Positions 1-9,626 of a stretch of DNA of 64,000 nt are shown here, piece after piece. Positions within the stretch are counted from its first letter, which is position 1. Every line of letters starts with the position of its first letter. The notes under the pieces are model-generated. The model saw only the letters and a program-made list of their open reading frames with translations, had not been told where the DNA came from and did no database searches. Made by a program: the position numbers and the translations under genes. The stretch comes from a virus. The stretch covers positions 107,395 to 171,394 of the IMG/VR virus record IMGVR_UViG_3300015263_000944. One strand, given 5' to 3'.

Positions 1-1130
1 AGTTTTGTTGAAAGGTTCTTGGCTTTCCAATGGAAGGGGCTTCTCATGCGGCCCTGACGGTCCACCCGAGAGTGAATGCTTTCGGGCCATTCAAGCGGCA
101 TAATGGCTTTGTTATCGGCCACCTGCCACATCTTCTTCCATTTCTGACCTCGTGGGGGAAGCTCGGTTCCGCCGCCGACGTTCTTGCCTGCGCCCTGAAG
201 CAGTTTCCCGAGGAAGCTGTGGGTTGTAAGCACTTCAACGCCCTTGGGGAACTCAGACTGGCTCTCAAGCTGGTTCTTCTTGTTGAAGACCAAATACAGC
301 CACTTCTCGCCCGGCTTGATGAAGGACGACAAATGCTTCAACATCGTCGTCTTGCCAGTACCAGCCAGAGCGTCAATCATGATGTTGGTTGGCCGACCCG
401 TAGATTCATCCACGCCATTGATGAATTTATCCTCAATTGCTTGGTTGTATTGAGTCATGTGCTCTGGTGGCAATCTTACTTCTTCGGGAGAAGGTCGGTT
501 GCCACCATAGTTGCCGCTTTTGATCATTGGCGAATCGTCATGGTCGTCCGATTCAGGCTGATCGATTCCACCGACGTTTCCGCCATGACCTTGAAGCTCA
601 GCCCCCATCAATGCAAACAGTTCAGATGGGTCCATGGAGGACTGAGTATTGCCTTGTGCGTCTCTTTCAGATTTGACGGCCTGCATGATGGATGCACCGG
701 GAAGAACACCAGTGTTCCCCTGCTGATCCATATATTCCCAACCGTCACCGCCCTGAACCTTCGACATTACAACCGGATCACCCTGTTGGGTTCCGGGAAC
801 ACTGATAGATCGAGCGGCAATCCACTTCCTGCCGCCTGCTGCGGCTGATGGACGACGTTGAGTCGTCTGGGGACGTTGTGTGGGACGCTGGGCCTGAGAT
901 CGCTGAGGTTGAGCGGCTTGTTGAGGGGTGCCGCCCATGGGGACAATTTCTTTGGTCTGTGGATGCCAGTAGACCTGTTGGTTAGCATATGGGCCGAATT
1001 TGGCCGTAATGATCCTATATCCCTGATTCCGCAAATCGTCCGATTCGAACAACCAACGGATTTGCTCAGCGATTACATTCGTTCGTGTCTTGACTGATCC
1101 TATTAACCAGTGTCGAAATCTGTTTCCCAT
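1..1130 (-). CDS. Dda/RecD-like SF1B helicase, partial (C-terminus beyond window start)
   Basis: Hand translation of the minus strand from the ATG at 1130. It gives ...IDALAGTGKTTML (Walker A) followed by VLTTHSFLGKLL, matching Dda motifs I/Ia. There is no stop before position 1. It is absent from the ORF track because it is unterminated. The plus-strand ORF 30..848 is its antisense. Confidence 0.6.
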   Translation of the reverse strand, partial: MGNRFRHWLIGSVKTRTNVIAEQIRWLFESDDLRNQGYRIITAKFGPYANQQVYWHPQTKEIVPMGGTPQQAAQPQRSQAQRPTQRPQTTQRRPSAAAGGRKWIAARSISVPGTQQGDPVVMSKVQGGDGWEYMDQQGNTGVLPGASIMQAVKSERDAQGNTQSSMDPSELFALMGAELQGHGGNVGGIDQPESDDHDDSPMIKSGNYGGNRPSPEEVRLPPEHMTQYNQAIEDKFINGVDESTGRPTNIMIDALAGTGKTTMLKHLSSFIKPGEKWLYLVFNKKNQLESQSEFPKGVEVLTTHSFLGKLLQGAGKNVGGGTELPPRGQKWKKMWQVADNKAIMPLEWPESIHSRVDRQGRMRSPFHWKAKNLSTK

Positions 1131-1171
1131 CTTACAAGTATATAAGACGGAGGATCAAGTTTTGATCCGAA

Positions 1172-1324
1172 TCAGAAACCCCAAATTCTCAGATACTCGG
1201 CGAACATGACGAGCCAAGTTTCGATAGCATCCTCAGATGCAAACTTCAACATCAGGGGGACGAACAGTCCGGGGTAGGCCAAAAAGCCCAGTACAAAAAT
1301 TGCAACGCCTTTCAATTTCTTCAT
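1172..1324 (-). CDS. Small hydrophobic protein (~50 aa)
   Basis: ATG overlaps the stop of the upstream gene (ATGA). Hydrophobic MKKLKGVAIFVLGFLAYPGLFVPLML... Confidence 0.3.
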   Translation of the reverse strand: MKKLKGVAIFVLGFLAYPGLFVPLMLKFASEDAIETWLVMFAEYLRIWGF

Positions 1325-1581
1325 TGATTTTCTTTCTGCTTGTGGTCTTTCTCACAAGCTTTGACAGCCGGATTCTTCTTCCGGTGCCTACTTAAAATGG
1401 TTTCCGTGCGCCGATCTCCCGTGAGGTCAACACGGATAGCATAGTAAGTGTCAGGAATTGCTCCTTCACCAAGGGTGATGTGTGAGAAAATGACTTTGTA
1501 AGTTCCGCACTTCGTTTCCCAGATCTTTCTTTGGGAAACGATTGTTGTGTCGTTCTTACATCGCTTCTTCCACTCAAGCAT
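1321..1581 (-). CDS. Hypothetical protein
   Basis: 86-aa ORF, co-directional, in a tight operon. Confidence 0.4.
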   Translation of the reverse strand: MLEWKKRCKNDTTIVSQRKIWETKCGTYKVIFSHITLGEGAIPDTYYAIRVDLTGDRRTETILSRHRKKNPAVKACEKDHKQKENQ

Positions 1582-1584
1582 TTC

Positions 1585-1998
1585 CTACCCAAAGAAAATC
1601 GCCAATTCTCGTTGTGCCGCTTCCTCGCTGTCCGAAGTATGAACAACATTGGCCCTTACGGTGGTTGCAAAATCACCTCTGATTGTGCCGGGCCGCTGGC
1701 CGTCTGCTCCAATCAAAGATCGGGCCTTGATCACAGCTTCCCATGCTCCCAACATGACGACAATGCAGCTACCACTGCACATGAACTCAACAAGATCATT
1801 GAAGAATTCTTTGTCTTTGTGGGGATCATAGAGGAGAGAGGCTTCCCGTCTCGACATGGTGATCATCTTCATTTCGATGATGTCGAACTTCTTCTGTTCG
1901 AACCGAGTGAGTACCTCACCCACATGTCGATCTTGAAGGCAGTCGGGTTTGATGACTAGAAGAGTTGTTTGATAGTTATTCATTTTGACCAGATCCAT
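1585..1998 (-). CDS. ndk: Nucleoside diphosphate kinase
   Basis: LLVIKPD...GTIRGDF...NVVHTSDS: NDK fold and the active-site His motif region. Confidence 0.85.
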   Translation of the reverse strand: MDLVKMNNYQTTLLVIKPDCLQDRHVGEVLTRFEQKKFDIIEMKMITMSRREASLLYDPHKDKEFFNDLVEFMCSGSCIVVMLGAWEAVIKARSLIGADGQRPGTIRGDFATTVRANVVHTSDSEEAAQRELAIFFG

Positions 1999-2165
1999 GC
2001 CAAGGCAGTGATGAGTGCAAAAACGGCTACCGCCGAAACCGTTCCATAAGCTTTTCTCTCAACGGGATTGTTGTACTCGTCGAAAGCACAAACGGCACAC
2101 CCAATGGAGACCCATCCGCCGATCACAACGGCGATTGCTGTAAAAACCCATGTCCAAAACATCAC
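1980..2165 (-). CDS. Small membrane protein
   Basis: 61 aa with two hydrophobic segments. Confidence 0.35.
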   Translation of the reverse strand: MMFWTWVFTAIAVVIGGWVSIGCAVCAFDEYNNPVERKAYGTVSAVAVFALITALAWIWSK

Positions 2166-2752
2166 TCTTCCTCCTTGAAGAAGTTGCGAACCTTCGTGAA
2201 TCCATCCTTGACCCGAGTTCCCAGACTTGGCTTCTCTTCCTCCAAAGGCTTTGGCTTCAATAGCACGATTGGATCTGGTGGTGCTGGTTCTTCCCAGCGA
2301 AAGACACGACCGGGCAAATCGTCTTCTGTGCCAAGCTCTCCGTCTTTGCCTTTGGAATAGAACTGAACACCATTCTCTGGATCGTTCTGCACAAGAACGA
2401 AGCTATTGCCCCAAGGGTCAACATGTTCGCCCCGAGCCCAACTCATGGTGGCGGCAGAGTCATGACGAGCCACTCGTTGCCCAAGCTCATCCATTGCAAC
2501 GAGAGCCTTGCGATCCTCTTCTCTTTGCAGAAGATAAAGAGTGGTTCGATGAAGTACGACACCGATGATGATGGTGCCCAGTACGAACAGTCCGATGATG
2601 TTGGACAGTCTTCGTCTTCTGCTCATGATGTCCTCCTTTGACCCAAGCAGCGTCGAACCGATCAGGAAAGGGATCGCCAACAGGAAGATGATGATCCAAA
2701 TCGGCGACGTTCCTTTGTTACTCATTTGCGTCAGAAACCTTCTTGTTTCCAA
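2162..2752 (-). CDS. Membrane protein, hypothetical
   Basis: 196-aa ORF with hydrophobic N-terminal segments. The start is uncertain. Confidence 0.4.
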   Translation of the reverse strand: METRRFLTQMSNKGTSPIWIIIFLLAIPFLIGSTLLGSKEDIMSRRRRLSNIIGLFVLGTIIIGVVLHRTTLYLLQREEDRKALVAMDELGQRVARHDSAATMSWARGEHVDPWGNSFVLVQNDPENGVQFYSKGKDGELGTEDDLPGRVFRWEEPAPPDPIVLLKPKPLEEEKPSLGTRVKDGFTKVRNFFKEEE

Positions 2753-2880
2753 TCGAACTCTACTGGCTTAAACTCTTCCTCTGGTTTAGGCTTGATGAAG
2801 CTTATAACTAACAAAGCTCCACAGCACAAGATGTTTAAGATACCAAGAATGAAGATCCAGTCAAATAGCGTTTCATCCAT
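2731..2880 (-). CDS. Small membrane protein (~49 aa)
   Basis: Hand-found ORF MDETLFDWIFILGILNILCCGALLVISF... Confidence 0.3.
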   Translation of the reverse strand: MDETLFDWIFILGILNILCCGALLVISFIKPKPEEEFKPVEFDWKQEGF

Positions 2881-2893
2881 AGGTCTCCTTTCG

Positions 2894-2972
2894 AGTGGAG
2901 CCGGTGGGAGTTGAACCCACTGCCCGGCGTGGTCCCTTGTAGGATTTCATCACGCCCGCATTCCAAACAGCC
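2894..2972 (-). ncRNA. tRNA-like element, atypical
   Basis: Perfect T-arm GTGGGTTCAACTCCCAC plus an acceptor 3' strand. The acceptor pairs only with GU wobbles and the D/anticodon arms are non-canonical. Confidence 0.3.
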
Positions 2973-2987
2973 CCAATGACTTATGTA

Positions 2988-3224
2988 TCAGAATCCCTCG
3001 GATTTCCAGTCAACCTTTTTCTTCTGCATTCGGGGAAGGAATAGTAGAAGGAACGTCTTGCACTGACACCAAGGGCAGTGAATCTGAACCTCTCCACGGA
3101 AACGTCGTCGGACCCTGATATCGAATTCATGTTTGCAGTTGTCACACCGAGCCTTCATAGGAGAGTCAAGTCCCCAGTGATAGGATCGATCTTGTTCGAG
3201 TAATCCGGCCCAATTGCCAGACAT
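2988..3224 (-). CDS. Small CxxC zinc-ribbon protein
   Basis: CDNCKHE...CPWCQC motifs. Confidence 0.35.
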   Translation of the reverse strand: MSGNWAGLLEQDRSYHWGLDSPMKARCDNCKHEFDIRVRRRFRGEVQIHCPWCQCKTFLLLFLPRMQKKKVDWKSEGF

Positions 3225-3550
3225 GTGTTTGTCGGCACGCCGTGGAACTCTGTCTTCCCGCTATCTGTCACCAGATGAGCTTGAAGGCCCGCTTGTTTGG
3301 CTTTCTGGTAGATCTCCAGCAGTTGTTCTTCGCTGGTCGCTTTCACGCAGACCTTGGCGAAACTGGTCTCCAGCCACTCCTGTTCGGCCTTCGACAAGGA
3401 TAACTGAAATGAAGAAGGGTGACGCTCCAGTCTTCGAGTCATGAAGGCCAATGAAGCGTGCGCCCCTTGTGCGATCATCTTCCCCTTTCTCATATTGAGA
3501 TCGGTTCGCATCACGATCACTTGTTTGATCTTGTTTGGCTCGCTCATCAT
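3155..3550 (-). CDS. pth2: Peptidyl-tRNA hydrolase, PTH2 family
   Basis: VIVMRTDL.MRKGKMIAQGAHASL...HLVTDSGKTEFHG.PT.TCLAIGP. The likely start is MMSEPNK, overlapping the upstream stop. Confidence 0.8.
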   Translation of the reverse strand: MMSEPNKIKQVIVMRTDLNMRKGKMIAQGAHASLAFMTRRLERHPSSFQLSLSKAEQEWLETSFAKVCVKATSEEQLLEIYQKAKQAGLQAHLVTDSGKTEFHGVPTNTCLAIGPDYSNKIDPITGDLTLL

Positions 3551-4140
3551 TTGTCCTTCAAGTACCAGTAGTTGCTGACCTTCGTTGCCTTGCGATCCCA
3601 GTCCATCACCATGTGCATTGGGGCACAAAGGGCTCCCGGCTTCATCTGTTCGAAAATCCTCTCTTCCAAGGCATGTTGGAGAGGATCGTTCTTGAAGGGC
3701 CGGTAGAAATACAGCAGGTCGAAATCGCCGTAATTGTCATACTTCAAGGCATCGCCTTGAGAGACATTTTTCAGGCCCAACCGGTTCGCCATTCTCACGG
3801 AACTTTGTTTGATCTCAATGCCGTGAGCATCAAAAAGGACATTGGCAAGCATGACCTTTGTGCCGGGTCCGCAACCAATGTCCAAAAACTTCTTCGTGCG
3901 ATCCAGTTGGAAGTAGATCGAGGCTTCGATCAGCATATCCACGAACGCCCCGCTGGGAAACGGGATGAAATCGTAGTTGTCTGATTGCTCACTGACCGCT
4001 TTGAGGAATGTCGTCTCAAAGTTGTGAAACGACAGGTTGAAGACATGTAGCTTCGTCTTGAGAAAAGGAAGCGACTTGTTCTCATCCTGATTTGCCAGAG
4101 CCTCTGGCTTCATCAACTCGTTGACTTCATTGCCTCGCAT
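3547..4140 (-). CDS. Class I SAM-dependent methyltransferase
   Basis: Motif I LDIGCGPGTKVM. Confidence 0.75.
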   Translation of the reverse strand: MRGNEVNELMKPEALANQDENKSLPFLKTKLHVFNLSFHNFETTFLKAVSEQSDNYDFIPFPSGAFVDMLIEASIYFQLDRTKKFLDIGCGPGTKVMLANVLFDAHGIEIKQSSVRMANRLGLKNVSQGDALKYDNYGDFDLLYFYRPFKNDPLQHALEERIFEQMKPGALCAPMHMVMDWDRKATKVSNYWYLKDK

Positions 4141-4160
4141 CGCTCACTCCAAAATTTGTA

Positions 4161-4658
4161 TCACACGAGGCTCAATCTCGGATGGCGTAGATACCGACGC
4201 CAATCAATGTCGCCGTATTCGGTAGCACACGCCTCCTTGGCAAGCTCGATGTGCGACTTCTCCAATCGATAGAGAAGTCCTTCCACGGTTTCATAAACAC
4301 AGCAATCGGCGTTGACCCCACAGATCCGCAAACGGTGATGGGGGAACTTCCGCCGCCTCAGACAACGGACGACCTCAAGGCTTCCGTCGTCATCAGTCTT
4401 GCTGATGCGAGCCTTGGATGAGTATCCCTTCAGCATGTCGGCGAAAACATCATGTGTCTCGCCGCAGCCGGAATACTCGACCAAAACGATAGGCCACTTC
4501 TGCTGTTGGGCCATCCAGATTTGTTTGGCGACTCCAACAATGCACTTCGGGTCATTTGCGGCCTCAAACTCAGGTTGCATGTCGATGACGACAAGAGTTG
4601 TAGGCATCCTTGCCTCCTCCAAAAAGACTTCCAACAAACAGACTACCGTAGCTTCCAT
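4161..4658 (-). CDS. Isochorismatase-family cysteine hydrolase (nicotinamidase-like)
   Basis: TLVVIDMQPEF and RLRICGVNADCCV motifs. The likely start is MPTTLVV. Confidence 0.75.
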   Translation of the reverse strand: MEATVVCLLEVFLEEARMPTTLVVIDMQPEFEAANDPKCIVGVAKQIWMAQQQKWPIVLVEYSGCGETHDVFADMLKGYSSKARISKTDDDGSLEVVRCLRRRKFPHHRLRICGVNADCCVYETVEGLLYRLEKSHIELAKEACATEYGDIDWRRYLRHPRLSLV

Positions 4659-4666
4659 ACAACCGC

Positions 4667-4930
4667 TCAGTAGCGGCTCATTTCCTTGGGCTTCTCGCCC
4701 TGCTTCTTACGAAGTTTGTTGGTCTTCTTGAGGAGCTTCTTGTATTCCTCTTTCTCTTCCTTAACCTTCTTGTGCCAAGATTCGTAATCCCGCTTCTCCC
4801 CGAGACCCGCTTCCATTCGGTTCGCCAAGGTCTGGGCTTCTTCAATCAGCCCGTCCAAGTAGGAGTAGTTTCTGGTCTTGTGACATTTCCGCATTTCGTC
4901 AAGAACGTCACACAAATATCGATTGGGCAT
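4667..4930 (-). CDS. Hypothetical protein
   Basis: 87-aa charged ORF. Confidence 0.4.
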   Translation of the reverse strand: MPNRYLCDVLDEMRKCHKTRNYSYLDGLIEEAQTLANRMEAGLGEKRDYESWHKKVKEEKEEYKKLLKKTNKLRKKQGEKPKEMSRY

Positions 4931-4952
4931 CCTTGCACCTTATAGAAAGAAA

Positions 4953-5339
4953 TCACTTTCGGGTCAAAACCGTTTCTTTCAACGGCTTCACGCCCAAGGA
5001 CAACAATTCCATTTTGTTGCCTTCGAGCAGCTTGAAGGAGAATGCTACTTCATTTACCGGAACGTGTCCAGCCGGATTTTCCTCGCCAGAGTCGGTGATC
5101 AGAACCACCAGACTGCCTTCTTGCCAAATCTTATAGCTCATGGACTGACCTTCAATTGTGATCTTTGTGTCTGTAAGATCAATCTCGAAAGATCTGCCGC
5201 TTTCTTCATCTTCCCACGACCATGTTCCCACATAAGATTCCGTAGGTCGTCCAATTCCAGACATGTAACTCCAGCCCACAAGTGCCGTAACCCACAAAAG
5301 GCCGCAAATAACAGAAGCGATAACGTATCTCATTGTCAA
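4953..5339 (-). CDS. Secreted/membrane-anchored hypothetical protein
   Basis: N-terminal hydrophobic signal-like segment. Confidence 0.45.
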   Translation of the reverse strand: MTMRYVIASVICGLLWVTALVGWSYMSGIGRPTESYVGTWSWEDEESGRSFEIDLTDTKITIEGQSMSYKIWQEGSLVVLITDSGEENPAGHVPVNEVAFSFKLLEGNKMELLSLGVKPLKETVLTRK

Positions 5340-5977
5340 TTCCTTTTGATCGGCAAAATGAGTTTCTTGTCAGCATAGCGGCGAACGAGACTCAACATTG
5401 ACTCTCGGTTCTTCTCCAGACTACTGCTGGCAGACTCATCTACCTTTTGATCCATGTACTCAATATAGCTTGTTGGCAACCGTCTCTCATACTTGAGAGT
5501 GATTTGGTTCGTAACTTTGGTCTTTTCACCATCACGAACCATTGTCATATGAGTGCGGTATTCTTTAAGATTCCCGACTGGTTCTACGAGACTGCTCTCG
5601 GAAACCAGTGAGTTTTCGCCAATATGGATCACTTGCCGGAATCGCAAGATGAGCGGGCCTGCATCGGGATCATTGGTACGCACGATGAATTCACCATGCC
5701 CATTGATGTCCCAAGGCCCTCGCAAGCGGTCGGCACTGACATTGAGGTTGTGCCAACTTTGATGGAGGACTTCGCCGTGCTGATTTGAGACTATCTCTTC
5801 CAGCGAGTTTGTACGAACCAAGATGCGCCGCACCCGGTCGAAGTCTTCGTCGATATAGTAGATGTCCTCTGCGGCACCTTGCGAGCAATGACGTGGCACC
5901 AAAAAATAAAAGCCTGCCATCGCAGCGAACATCACTACGATCAGGCTCCCGAGGACGAGTTGCGTCCTGTTCATCAT
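5336..5977 (-). CDS. Hypothetical membrane-anchored protein
   Basis: 213 aa with an N-terminal TM segment. The start abuts tRNA-Gly. Confidence 0.45.
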   Translation of the reverse strand: MMNRTQLVLGSLIVVMFAAMAGFYFLVPRHCSQGAAEDIYYIDEDFDRVRRILVRTNSLEEIVSNQHGEVLHQSWHNLNVSADRLRGPWDINGHGEFIVRTNDPDAGPLILRFRQVIHIGENSLVSESSLVEPVGNLKEYRTHMTMVRDGEKTKVTNQITLKYERRLPTSYIEYMDQKVDESASSSLEKNRESMLSLVRRYADKKLILPIKRN

Positions 5978-5978
5978 G

Positions 5979-6051
5979 AGCGGCTGATGGGGTTCGAACC
6001 CACGACAACCACGTTGGCAACGTGGTGCTCTACCAACTGAGCTACAGCCGC
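5979..6051 (-). tRNA. tRNA-Gly(GCC)
   Basis: Hand-folded cloverleaf; anticodon loop TTGCCAA; T-loop GGTTCGAACCC. Confidence 0.8.
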
Positions 6052-6061
6052 CTAACGACGA

Positions 6062-6259
6062 TCAATCGTCGTCGTCTTCATCCTCGATGCCGGGCGTCGA
6101 GGGTGGGGGCCATCCACGGACGGCCACACTTATATAGTAAAAGATCGTCTTAATTAGCGTGAAAACGCCGCCCAGCAGAATGAGCAGAAAGAGGGCTTGC
6201 CCAAAAGGATGATCCCAACTGCGTACCACGTCCCAGAAATTTCGCCAGAAGCCTTCCAT
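6062..6259 (-). CDS. Small membrane protein
   Basis: Hydrophobic core with an acidic C-terminus. Confidence 0.35.
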   Translation of the reverse strand: MEGFWRNFWDVVRSWDHPFGQALFLLILLGGVFTLIKTIFYYISVAVRGWPPPSTPGIEDEDDDD

Positions 6260-6273
6260 GGCTTTCTCCTTTT

Positions 6274-6531
6274 CTAACCTTTCCAGATGTCTTGGTTATT
6301 CCAACTTCCGTGTTTTCGCCTCCAAGAACGCTGGCGAGCACGCCATTCCTTGAAGGTCTTGTCGGCGGATTCTTTGCAGATGTCTTCCTCGTGCAAGTGC
6401 TCTTTCTTTCCGAGGAAGATGGCGATGATCAGGTCTCCCCACCTCCACCATACCGGAATACCGACATAGAAGAGTATGAAGAAGATGATGTAGACGGCTG
6501 CAACGGCTTCGTTGGCTGGTTCGTGGTTCAT
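6274..6531 (-). CDS. Small membrane protein
   Basis: Hydrophobic N-terminus. Confidence 0.35.
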   Translation of the reverse strand: MNHEPANEAVAAVYIIFFILFYVGIPVWWRWGDLIIAIFLGKKEHLHEEDICKESADKTFKEWRARQRSWRRKHGSWNNQDIWKG

Positions 6532-7622
6532 ACAGGCCCTCCACTGCTGGTCCCAGCCGCAGCCAGCATAGGCTCTTCGGTTTCGCCGTCCTCGTCGATG
6601 ATGGTGATCGGCGGGCAGTTGTTCTCGTAGAACACCTTCACGAATTCAATGCCCTTGTGGACACCAGCGGCACCCCAACAGACAGGCATTGCGATTCCCT
6701 TGCCACACATGATGAAAGGCGGGGAAATGCCGACAAAGAAATCATAAGCGAACCCACCCAAGCGTTCCATGCCAGCCTCAAGAGTCGGTGACGCTTTCTT
6801 GAGGCCGATGCCAACTGAGATCGCAGTGGCACTACCAACAACGGCGATGCCTGTGTAGTAGCCGATATCGGCCCACGGAAGCCAACAGAGAAATTCCCAT
6901 GTTGCGCCGGGGAACCAACAGAGAAATTCCCAGACTGGGGGAGCCGCTTGAACAAGGCCATATCCTGCCGCCGCAAGAGCACCAACGCCACACACTCGCA
7001 AGCCGTTCTTGACGACGACTTCGCCGATGTGAACCAGCTTGACCATGAACGCTTCTCGCTGGGCACGGCGTCGGGCGGCGATCTCTTCCTGCTCGTCTAG
7101 TTTCTTGCAGATGCGGTCAAACCGTTCCTCACACTCCTCACGAGTCAGGTACTTGAAATTCAACTCTCGCTGGGCATACATCCAGAAGTATTCGAAGTCC
7201 CTTCTCAATGTGGGAGAAGTCCGCAAGAGATTGACAAGCTCGTCAATCTCCAATGATCGAAGTTCCGCTTCTGTGAGTGGCCGAGGTTCACCCTTGAAAC
7301 TGATCGAGTTGATGCCTCGGGCGATGTATTTCGCTGCCGCAATGCCGCCGCCAACAGTAGCAACTGTGGCCCGTACCAGCACGATGAGCGGCAGGCAGAC
7401 AGCGATGAGATTGGTGAGATGGAAGAGAGGGCAGTAGTGCGTGTAGAGGTATCGTGGAAGGCTGCTGTCTGAGACCTTCTTCACATCCTTCTCATAAAAG
7501 CACCAGTGCAACAGGCGATATCGCCAATGGTCGAGCGTGAGCTTGCGTTCGCCTTTGATGGCATCCAGAAGAGACATGGCTCCCTCCGTGATAGATGGTT
7601 CGTTTCCTCCATTCGATACCAC
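6528..7622 (-). CDS. Multi-pass membrane protein, hypothetical
   Basis: 364 aa. Contains an internal tandem nucleotide repeat (6896-6945) encoding PVWEFLCW x2. Confidence 0.45.
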   Translation of the reverse strand: MVSNGGNEPSITEGAMSLLDAIKGERKLTLDHWRYRLLHWCFYEKDVKKVSDSSLPRYLYTHYCPLFHLTNLIAVCLPLIVLVRATVATVGGGIAAAKYIARGINSISFKGEPRPLTEAELRSLEIDELVNLLRTSPTLRRDFEYFWMYAQRELNFKYLTREECEERFDRICKKLDEQEEIAARRRAQREAFMVKLVHIGEVVVKNGLRVCGVGALAAAGYGLVQAAPPVWEFLCWFPGATWEFLCWLPWADIGYYTGIAVVGSATAISVGIGLKKASPTLEAGMERLGGFAYDFFVGISPPFIMCGKGIAMPVCWGAAGVHKGIEFVKVFYENNCPPITIIDEDGETEEPMLAAAGTSSGGPV

Positions 7623-7765
7623 TTCAGGATAGCTGATCTGAGATGAGATGGCAAGCTCTGTTCAACGCAAGAAGTGAACAGCAAAGTAAATGGTGCCCAC
7701 AATCAAAAGGATCTGCACCAGAAGGAGCAGACAAGATGGCACCCAATCAAAGTCATTATTCATAG

Positions 7766-7838
7766 AGCGAACGACGGGACTTGAACCCGCAACATCCAGC
7801 TTGGGAAGCTAGTGCTCTACCAATTGAGCTACGTTCGC
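7766..7838 (-). tRNA. tRNA-Gly(CCC)
   Basis: Cloverleaf; anticodon loop TTCCCAA. Confidence 0.7.
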
Positions 7839-8010
7839 ATTGGGGGCTCTGGCATCGTACAGAGCCCCTCGGTGATTGCCCACCCTCCCTCATCCAAGAG
7901 GTTGCATGACCGTCGTTACACCATCGTCGAACCGGCATACATTGTCGGGTGCCCAGCCGCAAGACTGATGATCACCGTGTTCTCACAGTGTCGCTCCGTC
8001 ATCGTCTTGC

Positions 8011-8163
8011 TTATCTATTGGCACCAATAACCGAAATTGTGATTGTCACGATGATCCCGGTGAAAAAGATGGCGAGCCAGAATGCCCATCGGGGAGGTGG
8101 TTCGACAGCTTCGTTCTTTCGGGCAAAAAGATGCCACAGAACAAACAGAAAGATATTATTCAT
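8011..8163 (-). CDS. Small membrane protein (~50 aa)
   Basis: Hand-found ORF MNNIFLFVLWHLF... Confidence 0.25.
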   Translation of the reverse strand: MNNIFLFVLWHLFARKNEAVEPPPRWAFWLAIFFTGIIVTITISVIGANR

Positions 8164-8458
8164 GTTCGTCAGGGAACAACTTCTTGAGGATCAGGCCACC
8201 GGCTCCCAACCATGCCGCCGTCCATGCGGCCAGCCCCAGAAGTTGCAATGTGATCTTAAGCTTCTTGTTCATTCTCCTCCTTCGGAGTCATCGACTTCTT
8301 CTTTTTCTTGAGCTTTTTCCATAAAGCTTTGATTTCCTTGTAAGCATCGGCGGCAGAAATGGGATTCCCCGCATTGGACTCCAGTGCAACTATGATGCCC
8401 ACCTTGTGTGCAAAAAGCTGGAGATCGTCTTCAAATTCTTCATCCATCTGCCCTCCTA

Positions 8459-8545
8459 AAAGCAGCCGTGGCTGGAGTCGAACCAGCATCCCTTGGTTGA
8501 GTGATGAGTGCAACTATGAAGAGGCCAGTCTTTCAGACCTCACCT
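8459..8545 (-). ncRNA. tRNA-like fragment (T-arm plus acceptor 3' strand), 5' partner unclear
   Basis: GCTGGTTCGACTCCAGC followed by CACGGCTG. No convincing 5' acceptor strand within 90 nt. Confidence 0.2.
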
Positions 8546-8590
8546 CACCCCGGTATCCCCAAAGTGTTCCGACAAGCACGGCTACATTGA

Positions 8591-8938
8591 TCAACTCTTA
8601 AAGTAGTCGATCAGTCCTACGACGATTGCTATGACAAGCAACACGCCGAAAATGTTCGCTGCGACGATTGCCGCAAATCCCATCCCCATCTCTTTCAAGC
8701 GGGACGAGCCTTCTTTCGCCACCTCTTCGACGACTCGCTCACGAGCATGGCCTGCCCGCTCGCTCACTGTCTTAGATGTGTCCGATGCCACCTCCACACT
8801 CTCCAGCGTGAAAGAGGCAACTCGAAGCATGGTTCCTCCTGTCCTGAAGAACGTAAGGAACCACTTCCAGATTCCATAGCCACCACAAACAAGAAGACCA
8901 ATCAACCAGACCCACCAGTATGTAGCAATGAAAGTCAT
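8591..8938 (-). CDS. Membrane protein, hypothetical
   Basis: Two TM segments. Confidence 0.4.
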   Translation of the reverse strand: MTFIATYWWVWLIGLLVCGGYGIWKWFLTFFRTGGTMLRVASFTLESVEVASDTSKTVSERAGHARERVVEEVAKEGSSRLKEMGMGFAAIVAANIFGVLLVIAIVVGLIDYFKS

Positions 8939-8949
8939 CGGACTTCTCC

Positions 8950-9288
8950 TTAGAACGGATGATACACTTCTTTTGTCGCTATCCGAGTTGAGGCGATCTC
9001 ATCAGCTTCCGCCAACAACGCCGTTGCAATTTTTGCACTGGCCGTCTTGCCAGCCTCATCTCTGAGAGCAACTACCTGTTGATGCCATTGTTCCTTTCGA
9101 TGGGGGCAAGAGAAGTCATCGTAGGGCGACTTTCCGCCACACATTGCCTGTGCAAAGCCCCGTGGCCCATTGCAACCACGACGTTCATCCATCTGGTCCC
9201 CACAAACTCCACAGAAGACAGCTTCGCCTTCTGGCACCTCGCCCGGATCAGGCGTGTATCGAGATTGTGTTTTGGATTCGAGTTTCAT
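8950..9288 (-). CDS. Hypothetical Cys-rich protein
   Basis: 112 aa, CGVCGD...C.....C. Confidence 0.4.
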   Translation of the reverse strand: MKLESKTQSRYTPDPGEVPEGEAVFCGVCGDQMDERRGCNGPRGFAQAMCGGKSPYDDFSCPHRKEQWHQQVVALRDEAGKTASAKIATALLAEADEIASTRIATKEVYHPF

Positions 9289-9569
9289 TTGCAGCCCCCC
9301 AAAAACGTCTTGATGCGATGTTGAATTGGCCGTTCAACAGCATCGTAAGCTCGCAACGCACCTTGAATCAAATCCTCTGATGGATCTTCGCCGAACTCCT
9401 TTCGGTACTCCTCAATGAAGCGTTGGCGAAGTTCACTGGCACGCAGCTTTTCCTTCTGCATGACACGGATTTGTTTGTAGGCCCAAACACCAACTTGTCC
9501 CGCCAAGTAGATGTTCGACACTGTGTTGAATGTGCGAAAGACGAACGTAAAAGGTGTAAGAATTCCCAT
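9285..9569 (-). CDS. Hypothetical protein
   Basis: 94 aa; overlapping start/stop in the operon. Confidence 0.4.
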   Translation of the reverse strand: MGILTPFTFVFRTFNTVSNIYLAGQVGVWAYKQIRVMQKEKLRASELRQRFIEEYRKEFGEDPSEDLIQGALRAYDAVERPIQHRIKTFLGGCK

Positions 9570-9626
9570 GTCAAGTACCTCCTGTACTTTAAGATAGGAA
9601 AAACTTAGCAGATTTCACGCATTCGC

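Noticed and set aside
30-848. 272-aa plus-strand ORF at the window start
   Set aside because: It is antisense to the Walker-A helicase-like minus-strand frame, which is unterminated at position 1. Its composition is not protein-like.
6896-6945. Short tandem nucleotide repeat
   Set aside because: It lies inside CDS 6528..7622 and simply encodes a duplicated peptide (PVWEFLCW); no independent feature is likely.
8459-8573. Possible 115-nt intron-containing tRNA
   Set aside because: A candidate 5' acceptor strand (AGCCGTG at 8567-8573) exists, but the intervening sequence has no recognisable D or anticodon arm. Kept only as a low-confidence tRNA-like fragment.
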